A stretch of DNA of 64,000 bases. Source: Tubiluchus corallicola. Its lineage: Eukaryota > Animalia > Priapulida. The position numbers were made by a program, and so were the translations under genes. The notes beneath the pieces are model-generated. The model ran no database searches. It worked only from the letters and a program-made list of their open reading frames with translations, and was not told where the DNA came from. Below, piece after piece: positions 37,511 to 49,500 of this stretch (its first letter is position 1; every line of letters starts with the position of its first letter). The stretch is taken from positions 31,938-95,937 of the forward strand of contig JAQGDQ010000787.1 of assembly GCA_030141605.1 (NCBI GenBank), given 5' to 3'.

Positions 37511-40500
37511 ATGTCTACCAATTTTGAGAAAAAGCAGATAAAAGCAAGGAAGTTTTCTGCCGTTAGCGGTACAAGCCAGAATATTAGTCCGCAGAGATGG
37601 CAGCCGTTGCCGGCTCTTACCAGATATCAGACAAAAAAGGAGCAGCTAACTATTAAAACCGAGTTACGTGAAGAAGTCGACGAAACCAAAACAAAAGAAA
37701 AGGCAGCAAAACTAGTTAAGGATGTTTATGCAGAAAAACTAAGTGATAAACTTCAAGAACAGACACCTATTAGAGATGAAAAACTTTCGTTGCCAAAATT
37801 ACACAAGTCATTTCTGGAGCAGCAGAAAAAAATGTCATTTTCACGCAGGACTGTTTCGCGAACATTAAGTCCCATTTGTCCTGCTGTTTCGAAAGCTCAG
37901 CTGGCACCTGGCGTGGATCTAAACGTTCTAATGTCTATAACTGATCTTCTCACAATTGTGGAAATACTAAAGCAAAATCCTGATCTTGGGTTTTTGTATT
38001 TAACTTCTGCGGTGCCTAAATCGTCTGTGCATTATCATCCTTACAATCTAAAAGTTGTGAGGTACAGCGAGCGTGATAAATGTAGTTATTACACTTTTAG
38101 TCCCTATGGGGTGATGCATATTACTGACGAGGGACACACTTTTACCGACCTTGACAGGTGGACTCACGAGTACCGCTATTACCAAGAACTGATAAAAATT
38201 CCGATATTTAAACTGGCGAAAACACGAAAGGCTTTTACGTTTTGGAGGAAAACAGTGCGACGTACAAAGTATCGAAAAAGCCGAGAAAAAATCAAGGAAA
38301 ATCTTTTCATAACTAACCACTGCTTGAGACCGGCTCTGTTGAATGTCAGAGAAATGACGTGTGCGATAAGTCATATGAGCATGTGCGATATTAAAGAAGG
38401 TCGCACTTACACTCTTGAGGGTTTTGTGAAGGAGCAGTTAACCCAGTTACAAGATGTAGCTGCTCGGTTAAGAGAATTCCGAGATCTAGTGGCTGAAGTT
38501 GTGAGAAACGCTTGTAAAGTGACTTTGGTTACTGACGGATTCACCCCAGACAATTATAACGCTGATGACAGCACTGATATACCTATTGATAACAAAATCG
38601 TAGTTTGGGGTGATGCGCCCGAAAAAATGACATACACAGAGCAAGCGACGAAGCGCAGCAAGTGTCTCCGATTAACATGCTTTGTGCGACTAGCAGATTA
38701 CCTTGTTCTGAATGCGCTGCACGTGTTAACTGTGAACTCTATAGAGTTTTTGTTAAATAAGTTTCAGACTCTAGTTGACAAAACAGGCAATTTGCCAAAC
38801 AATTGTACAAAGGATGTCGACGAGAGAAAGTCGACACATTTATCGAGACCCTCTCTTGCAGTCAAATCTAGCACCGCTGTCGATGCTGGAAGTACACTTG
38901 ATACCATTCGTTTGGATGTCCCACTTTTTGTGACGCAAATGCAATTGCCAAAGAAAGTGTTGACATTTCGACCCTCACGGTATTATTTCCAAGTTGACAT
39001 TGAGAAAGTTATTGATGCCTTTAAGACAACAGCATTTGCCTTAGAAACACTTACACCAGATGCTACTTTTGATCCCTTTATTTGCCCGTACATCAACAGG
39101 AAAAAAGAAAGCAGGACCTGTGGCAATGGCCCTCGTCTTGAAGAGATAGTTGCAGATGATGGCAGAATAAAGCAAATTATTGCTGAGGTAAAAGCGCATA
39201 TAAGCAAAGCTTTTGCATACTGCGAGGAGTTTAGCAAAATCTTTGATCCTGTGCGCTCATTTTATTTGGAAAATGAAGCACTGGACAAAAAGTTGCTCAT
39301 AAAAGAAACATGCGACCTTGACTTCTTTCAAAGTGCGTTAGAGACATATTCCAGACAAAGTGTACAAGCATCTACTTTGCTGGACCAGACACCCATTGGA
39401 CTACTTCTGGTTGACACATTAGCACTAAAAGAACAGATAATTCCTTCACCTAGGCGCTGCCTTGATGTAATATATGATATCATGCCTACCCTTGCAAAAA
39501 CTAAAACTGATGAACTTATCACTGAGACCGAAGATGGAGTACACAGGCTACAAGCTAAACCTGAGACGACAATGGATTACGTAAACAAACTTTCATTTTT
39601 GGATTCCGTTCAGATGAGAATTGACATTCTTGAACAAGATGTCGATATTGTGCAGGATATGTATGACTTAATTGAGAAGTATGCTGTGCCTGTCCCGCCT
39701 GAAGACCTTGCTGTTTTTAGTACTTTGAGTGGATGTGCTTATTCTCTGCGTAGCGCTATTGATAGAGGAGTGTCTGAAAGGGACGCACTTATAGACAAAT
39801 TGGCTGTCATTTTAAGTAAGGATATGGCTTCCCTGAACAAAAGCGTGAAAGCTGTCTTTACAGATATACAGAATCCAGTTTTATTAGATCCAGATGTAAA
39901 TCAAGAAGAGATATGGTCACTGTTGAATTGCTTGCAGGAAAGCATGGATGAGTTACAGGCTCAGGCTTCAGAGTTTATAGGATATCAAAAGATGTTTAAT
40001 GTTGAAGTAGTGCCATTTGAAGGTGCAGAAGCGCAAAATGACTTGAAGTTGAGACAGACGCTGTGGAAATCTGTAAAAGAGTGGTCTGATGTTGTAAACG
40101 GATGGTACACATGTGAGTTTGAAAAAATAGAGCCTGAACAGTTGACGGTTGAAATTACCAAGTATGTGAGACTTGTTCAGCAACTAGAGAAAGGACTGCC
40201 GATGAACAAAATACTGCCAGAGCTAAAGGAAGAAGTTGAGGAAATGAGACACAAACTACCTGTCATTTCCAATTTGAGAAATCCTGCTCTTAAAAGTCGC
40301 CACTGGGAAGCAATTGAAAATGTGCTTGATAGATCCATTATGCCAGATGAGGTCATCACTCTTTTTCTGCTCGAACAAATTAATGCATTTGGTAGAAGCG
40401 AAGAAATTCAAAATATATCTGGTGAAGCTAGTGCTGAAGCTAGCTTGGAAACTATTCTGAAAAAGGTTGAAGATGCATGGAAGACTGCTGAGTTTATTGT

Positions 40501-43500
40501 TCTGCCCCACAAAGATTCTAAAGATGTGTTTATACTTGGTGGCACTGATGATATACAACAGTTGTTTGAGGACAGCAGTATAAACATTGGCACAATAGCA
40601 AACTCCCGTCACGTGGGGCCAATCAAACCGAGAGTTGATGAATGGGTAAAAAATCTTCAGCTGTTTGGCCAAACACTAGATCAGTGGCTGGAGTGTCAGC
40701 GCAACTGGTTGTATCTTGAAAACGTATTTTGTGCACCAGATATCCAGAGACAATTACCTGTTGAAGCAAAAATGTTTTCACAGGTAGATAAGTCGTGGAA
40801 GGACATTATGAGGAAGGTTAACAAAATACCTTTAGCAATCAGGGCGGCTACACAGCCTGGTTTACTAGAAACGCTGCAGACAAATAATGCTCTCCTGGAG
40901 CAAGTTCAAAAATGCTTGGAAGACTATTTGGAATCAAAGAGAGTTATTTTTCCGCGATTCTATTTCCTGTCTAATGATGAGTTGTTGGAAATTTTGTCCC
41001 AAACTCGAAATCCTCAGGCCGTGCAGCCTCATCTCAGAAAATGCTTCGATGCTATTGCATATCTTCAGTTTGGAACACAAGACGATAAACCTACGAATGA
41101 AATTCTTGCAATGAATTCACCTGAAGGTGAACATGTGGTGCTGCAGAAAGGACTTAAAGCCAGAGGCAATGTCGAAGAATGGCTTGGAAAGGTTGAAGAG
41201 GCTATGGTGTCAACTTTGCATAAAGCAACAAAGTTGGCCATTGCAGAGTTTTCTGAGGAGTCACGTACAAACTGGGTAATCAGTCATCCATCACAGGTTG
41301 TTCTTACTGCTTCACAAATAATTTGGTGTAGAACTCTAGAACAATGTTTAAATGCCGATGATGATAGATATGGGCTACTTGAAATGTTTCTAGAAAAATG
41401 TTTTTGTGATCTAAATGAGCTAGCTAGTTTAGTGCGTGGCGATCTGAGCAAACTCGAGCGCAGTACTATTTGTGCCCTTATTACTGTTGATGTTCATTCA
41501 AGAGATATTGTAACAGGAATGATTGAGGCAGAAGTAGATGAAATACATCATTTTGAGTGGCAAAAACAGTTGAGATATTATTGGAATCTGGAAATAGACA
41601 ATTGCTTAGTTTGTATGTCAAACTCTTCTTATGTTTACGGTTATGAGTACCTTGGTGCTTCTTCTAGACTGGTAATCACACCACTGACCGATCGTTGTTA
41701 TTTATGCTTAATGGGAGCCTTGCAGTTGAAGCTTGGTGGAGCACCAGCAGGTCCAGCAGGTACAGGAAAAACAGAGACTGTCAAAGATTTAGCCAAATCA
41801 CTTGCAAAACAGTGTGTTGTTTTCAACTGCTCAGAAGGACTGGATTATAAAATAATGGCTCGGTTTTTTGCGGGTTTGGCTCAGAGTGGTGCGTGGTTTT
41901 GTTTTGATGAATTTAACAGGATTGATATTGAAGTGTTGTCAGTTATTGCACAACAGCTTCTCACAATTCGTAATGCTAAAGTTGCCAACCTTAAAACGTT
42001 TGCATTTGAAGGTAGAGACATCAAACTTGTTCCATCGTGCGCTGCTTTTATAACAATGAATCCTGGATATGCAGGTCGAACAGAGTTACCTGATAATTTG
42101 AAGTCTCTGTTCAGACCTCAAGCAATGATGGTGCCAGATTACAGCTTGATTGCCGAAGTAATTTTGTATTCTGAAGGTTTTGAGTCTTCCAAATCCCTCG
42201 CAAAGAAGATGACTCAGATGTATAAACTTTGTAGTGAGCAACTTTCCCAGCAGGATCATTATGATTTTGGCATGAGAGCAGTAAAATCTGTTTTGGTCAT
42301 GGCGGGATCTTTAAAGCGAGAAAATCCGGACAAAAGTGAAGACGTGGTTTTGATAAGAGCTTTGAGAGATAGTAACCTCCCAAAGTTTCTTTCTCACGAT
42401 GTGGAATTATTTCAAGCCATATTGCAAGATCTGTTTCCTGGTGTTGTACTGCCAGAACATGATTATGGAAGTTTTGAGAAGTTTATTATTGAATCAATGA
42501 TAAGGCATGATTTGAAGGCTGTGCCAACGAGTGTGAAAAAGATAATTCAATTATTTGAAACAATGCAAGTTCGACATGGAGTCATGCTGGTGGGACCGAC
42601 TTGTGGTGGTAAGACTACTTGTTATGAAATACTAAAGGACACACTCACTGATCTTTACGAAGCAAAAATCGAACACCCTGACTACCGACCTGTCTCAACC
42701 TATGTACTTAATCCTAAATCTGTAACGCTGGGAGAATTATATGGTGAAGTTAATAAACTGACGCTCGAGTGGAGGGATGGTATACTTGCCCAGATTGTAA
42801 GAGCTGCTTGTCAAGATCTTAAGGATGAACATAAGTGGGTAGTGTGTGATGGACCAGTAGATGCATTGTGGATTGAGAACATGAATACTGTGCTTGATGA
42901 TAATAAGATGCTTTGCCTAGCAAATAGTGAAAGAATAAAGCTTCCACCTAATATTCATATGCTATTTGAAGTACAAGATTTAGCAGTTGCGTCTCCAGCT
43001 ACTGTTAGTAGATGTGGCATGGTTTATGTGGACCCAGAAGAACTGGGATGGAAGCCTTATGTGGAAACATGGATACCCCGTCTTGATGCTAAGGGAATTA
43101 GACCTGAATTGACCGATTATATTTTGGAGCTTTTTCATAGATATGTAGACGACGGACTAAGATTTGTTAAGAAAAAATGTGTGCAGGCAATGGAGCAGGT
43201 TGATTTAGGTAAAGTGGCTACTCTTTGCTACCTTCTAGAATCTTTGCTAACGGCTGAAGATGGTCCTAATTTGGACATGGCTGGAATTCAGTTGAATGGT
43301 CTTATATATATGACTTTTGTCTTTTGCTACTTCTGGGCTATTGGTGGTAACTTGAGCGAGTGTTCCGGTGAAGAATTTAATGCGTTTGTTCATGAACAGT
43401 TTGAGGATAAAGACGCCAGAATCCCTTCAGGTGAGGAATTATGGAAATATTACGTTGATTATGAGACTCAGCAATTTGAATTATGGGATCGCGTTGTACC

Positions 43501-46500
43501 TCGCTTTAATTATAGCAAAACTTTGCCATTTTTCGATATGCTTGTTCCTACTGTATATTCCGTTAAGTTTAGCTTTCTTATGGAAAAATTAGTCACTGTG
43601 CATAAGCCTGTTTTATTTACTGGGACAACAGGTGTTGGAAAATCCGTGATTGCAAGCAGTTTGTTGAATAAAGCAACTAAAAGAGGAAAATACCTGTCGA
43701 TGTTTATAAACTTTTCAGCTCAAACCAGCAGTAATCGCATGCAAAGCATGATCGAAGGAAAGCTGGAGAAGCACAAGAAAAATGTTTTAGGTCCACCATC
43801 TGACAAGCGAATGGTTATATTTGTCGATGATTTAAATATGCCCAAATTAGATACATATGGCTGCCAGCCACCAATAGAACTGCTGAGACAATATCTAGGT
43901 TTTGGAGGATTCTATGACAGAGACCAGTTATTTTGGAAGGAAATTCACAATGTGACCCTCTGTGCAGCTTGCGCACCTCCCGGGGGTGGTCGTAATCCAG
44001 TTACTCTAAGATTGATTCGCTTCTTCAGCATGTTTTGTATTCCGTCACCTGATGAAAGTAGTCTCAAGCATATATTTTCTTGTATTATCACAGGCTTCCT
44101 AGCAGATTACAACCATGCTGTGAAGCAGAGTGCAGAATATGTAGTAAAGTCAGCAGTTGAGATATACAATCGCATGTCAACTGATCTCTTACCCACGCCA
44201 GCAAAGTCACACTACGTTTTCAACTTGCGAGATCTTTCTAAGTGCATACAGGGCATGCTACAGGTTTCACCAATAGTTGTTAAATCTCAGCAACAACTTT
44301 TAAGGTTATTTCACCATGAAGCATTAAGAGTCTTTCATGACAGACTTATAAATCAAGAGGACAAATTATATTTCCATAATATTTTAGCTGAGGTTTCTTA
44401 CCGGCAGTTTCATGAACATATTGACCCAGTAAGCTTCACTGCATCACCAATTATATTTGGAGACTTTGTTAAAACAGAGGTAGAGAAAGCTGACAGACTC
44501 TACGAAGACTTATTAGATATGGATAAAGTGAAAAAGGCTCTTGACAAGTACCTTGATGACTATAACATGGAGTCTTCCAAGGAGCTGAAACTGGTTTTCT
44601 TCTTAGATGCAGTAGAACATATTTCTCGTATAGCAAGAGTGATTCGACAAGAAAGAGGTAATGCCCTTTTAGTGGGAGTTGGTGGCACTGGAAAACAATC
44701 TGTAACTAAACTGGCAAGTCACTTTTGTGGGTGCGACTGCTTCCAAATTGAACTGTGTCGTGGGTATGACTACACTGCATTTCGTGAGGATTTGAAAGCT
44801 CTTTATTTTGCTGCAGGGTTAGAAAACAAGAGCACAGTGTTTCTCTTCAGTGACACCCAAATTGTGGTCGAAGAGTTTCTAGAAGACATAAATAACATGC
44901 TGAATTCAGGTGAAGTTCCAAATTTATTTGAACCTGAAGATTATGAGCAGATAATGATTAAATGCCGTGATCCTGCAGAAGCAGCAGGTGTTGTTGATAA
45001 TGACAGAGATGGGATTTTCCAGTTTTTCATTAACCGAGTAAGAAATAATCTTCATATTGTTCTTTGTATGTCACCAGTTGGAAATAGCTTCAGAAATCGA
45101 TGTCGCATGTTTCCTTCACTCATTAATTGCTGCACAATTGATTGGTTTACTGAATGGCCACAAGACGCCTTGCTGTCAGTGTCTGAAGCCTTGTTCGAAC
45201 AGGTAGATTTAGGTGACGACACTGTCAAAAACAAAATTTCGGCAATGTGTAGTGAAATCCACTTGTCGGTTACAGAATTGACAGAGAAGTTTTATGCTGA
45301 ATTGAGACGTCGTTATTATACAACACCTACGAGCTACTTAGAATTAATAAATTTGTACATCTGTATGTACAAAAAAAAGAAGGAGGAAATAATCTCTGCA
45401 CGTGACCGAGTAAAAAATGGATTGTCAAAATTGCTTGAAACAAATGAGCTTATTGGTAAAATGGAAGTCGAATTAGTAGCCCTTGAACCCGTATTAAAGA
45501 GAAAGTCGGAAGAAGTTACGAAGCTGATGAAAGAGCTGTCCGTTGATAAGCAAAAGGCAGATAAAGTCAGAAAAGTTGTCATGGTAGATGAAGCTAAAGC
45601 AACAATGAAAGCTGATGAAACAGCTGCAATTGCGGCTGATGCGCAAAGAGACCTTGATGAAGCCCTTCCTGCATTGGAAGCCTCAGTAAAAGCTTTAGAT
45701 GCATTAGACAAAAATGACATTTCTGAAGTAAAAGTTTTCAGTAAACCTCCTGAAATGGTGTTAACCGTAATGGAGGCTGTTTGCATTCTTTTAGGTGCAA
45801 AACCAGATTGGGAAATGTCAAAAAAACTTCTGAGTGATGCAGGTTTTTTAAAGAGGCTTGTTGATTACGATAAAGATAGTATTCCCGATTCTACTTTGAA
45901 AAAACTGAAAAAATATATTGAGAATCCTAAGTTTGTTCCTGAAGTTGTAGAAAAAACTTCAAAAGCTTGCAAGTCACTTTGCATGTGGATAATTGCTATT
46001 GACCTTTACGCAAAAGTTGTAAAAGTAGTGGAACCAAAAAGAAAAAAGTTAGCAATAGCGCAAAAAGAGCTTGATGCAACAAATGCAGTTCTTAAAGAAC
46101 AGCAAGATAAACTTCATAAGGTTGAAGATAATATAAAATCACTCCAACAAAAGTATGAAGATACTGTGCGAGAGAAAAGTGAACTACAAGGAAACATTCA
46201 ACAAACTTCCAACAGACTTAAGAGAGCGTCCGTTTTGACAACAGCGTTAGCAGATGAGGAAGAAAGGTGGAAAATCTCTGCCTTATCATTTGAAGATGAT
46301 TTAAATAATATAGTTGGTAATGTTTTTGTTGCAGCTGCTTGTGTTGCTTATTATGGTGCCTTTACGAGTCAGTATAGAGACCAATTGGTAGGTCCTTGGG
46401 TAGCCAAGTGTAAACAACTACAGATTCCAATTTCTAGTGATTTCAATTTGATAAAAATTTTGGGTGATCCTTATAAAATACGACAATGGAACATTGATGG

Positions 46501-49500
46501 GTTACCTAGAGATGATTTTTCGACAGAGAATGCTTTATTGGCAACAAATAGTAATCGCTGGCCCCTTTTGATCGATCCTCAGGATCAAGCAAATCACTGG
46601 ATTATGCAAATGGAGGCAAAGAACAACCTACAGATAGTTAAACAAACAGACAGCAATTTCATGCGAACTGTAGAAAATTGCATTCGAATTGGTATGCCAA
46701 TTCTGATCGAAGAAGTGCAAGAGTCTCTGGATCCAGCTTTGAAACCAGTGCTGTTGAAGCAAACATTCATAGAAGGTGGAAGGCCTGTCATCCGGCTTGG
46801 TGAAAGTGTTGTTGATTATGACCCGAACTTTCGTTTGTATTTGACCACAAAGCTAGCAAATCCACATTATTTGCCTGAGATATGCATAAAAGTAACAATT
46901 ATCAATTTCACCGTGACTCTGTCTGGACTTGAAGACCAACTACTAAGCGATGTTGTTAGTTTAGAAAGACCAGATTTAGAAACAGAGCGAAATAAGTTAA
47001 TTGTTGAAATTAATAACAACAAAAATCAGCTTAAAAACATTGAAGACAAAATTTTGCACATGCTATATAATTCAGAAGGAAATGTGCTGGATGATGAGGA
47101 ATTAGTGAATGCTCTTAATGATTCCAAAGTTACTTCAGGAGTTATTGCGAGAGAACTGAAAAATGCTGTAACTACTGAGGAGAAAATAACCAAAGCTCGT
47201 GAAAAGTATCGATCAGTTGCTGCCCGAGGAAGTGTCCTGTATTTTGTTATAGTCGACCTAGCTGAAATTGATCCAATGTACCAGTATTCTCTGAAGTATT
47301 TTAAGCAGCTATTCAGCATGTGCATAGAAAACAGTGAGAAGAGCGAAAATCTGCAAACACGGTTGCAGACACTTCTGGATCAGTCACTTCTTACTGTATA
47401 TACAAATGTTTCCAGGGGTCTTTTTGAAAGACATAAATTATTGTTCTCCTTTATGTTGTGTACTTCAATTATGAGACAAGATGATGTCATAAAGCAGTCA
47501 GAGTGGAATTTCTTTGTCCGAGGTCCGGCTGGCATTGATAAGGAGCGAAGAGAGAAAGAAGATTTACCATGGTTGTCTCAGGCAATGTGGAATATGTGTT
47601 GTGATCTAGCAGACACCATACCAGCTTTTGCCAGTTTAACCGATGTTGTCACTAAATGTAATTGTTATGTCACAATTGGTGAAACAAAGGTGTCCATAAA
47701 TCCAACCGAATGGCCAACCTACAAACCTGATCTGTCGAAAAATTGTGATGATGGTTACTGGAATGGCAGGCTTAGTGACTTTCAAAAACTTATGTTTGTC
47801 AAAGCATTCCGAGAAGAGAAGGTTCTTTTTGCTGTTACAGATTTTGTACGAAGAAATCTTAGTCAAACATTTGTTGAAAGCCCTCCCGTGGAGCTTCAGC
47901 TTTTGTATGAGGATATTAGTTACAAAATTCCTTTGGTCTTTATTCTTAGCACCGGCTCAGATCCAATGGGAGCATTTATGCGATTTGCCAGAGAAAAAAA
48001 TTATGCCGACAAGGTGCAAACTATCTCCCTTGGCCAAGGCCAAGGACCTGTTGCCGAAAAGCTAATAGCAAGTGCCTTGGAAACAGGAGAGTGGGTGTTT
48101 TTGCAAAATTGTCATCTAGCAGCATCGTGGATGCTGACTATGGAAACATTAATAAAGTCATTTTCAACAAAAGATGCAGAGATTAACAAAAACTTTCGTC
48201 TTTTTCTCAGCTCGATGCCAGTTAAATCATTTCCTGTGAGTGTTTTGCAGAACAGCGTTAAGGTAACCAATGAACCACCTAAAGGACTTCGTGCAAACAT
48301 CAGAAGAGCATTTGGTGAATTAACACCAGAAGCCTTTGAGGAGCATCATCTGGGAATGGACTGGAAAAAAATCATTTTTGGTATCTGCTTTTTTCATGCT
48401 ATTGTACAAGAAAGGAAAAAATTTGGACCGCTTGGCTGGAATATTCAGTACGACTTCAGCGACAGTGACCGAGAATGTGCTATAGAAAATTTGAAAATCT
48501 TCTGTGCTGAAAGTGCAATACCATGGGAAGCATTAATTTATATAACAGGGCAGATCACGTACGGTGGCCGTGTAACGGATTATTGGGATGAGAGATGCTT
48601 ACGGACAGTTTTAAAGCGCTTTTTTGCACCTGAAACCTTGGAAACAGATTACAAATATTCTGAGTCAGGCATGTATTATGCACCAGAATACATGTCATTG
48701 CAGGAATACAGAGATTACATAAATGATCTGCCAATTGCGGATGATCCTGAAATCTTTGGTATGAATTACAATGCAAATATTTCCTACCAAATAGAAGAAA
48801 CAAACAAACTGATTACTACACTGATGAACGTACAGCCAAGGTTGGTGGGTGGTGGAACAGGGGAATCAAATGATGACACAGTTCACGACCTTTCTGTTAA
48901 CATTCTAGATAAGCTAACAGAAAAGCTTGACATAGAAGAAGCACCCGAAGCTTTATTTGAACTTGATGCCAATGGTAGAATAAATTCACTCACTACTGTC
49001 CTCTCTCAGGAAGTAGATAGGTTTAATAACCTTTTAAGAATAATAAAAGACTCCCTCCAAACTCTTCAAAAAGCAATAAAGGGATTTGTTGTAATGAGTG
49101 AAGAACTGGAAAATGTTTATAATGCATTTTTAAACAACCGAGTGCCAGAACTTTGGGAAAGTGCTGCTTATCCATCTTTAAAACCGCTCGGAAGCTGGGT
49201 GACTGATTTGGTTATGCGGACTGCGTTTATTGATGATTGGATACACCATGGCCACCCATTTTCATATTGGATGTCAGGTTTGTTCTTTCCACAAGGCTTT
49301 CTCACCGGTACATTACAAAATCATGCTAGGAAATACGGGCTTCCAATAGATCAGTTAAGTTTTGAGTTTCATGTTCTTCCTTTGTACAGACATCAAGCAG
49401 AATACTTTGCTGTCAGGGACAAGATGAGATTTGGCAGAAAGCTGGCTATAGATGAAGAACTACCATGCATCGAAGATGGCGTCATTGTGCATGGCATCTT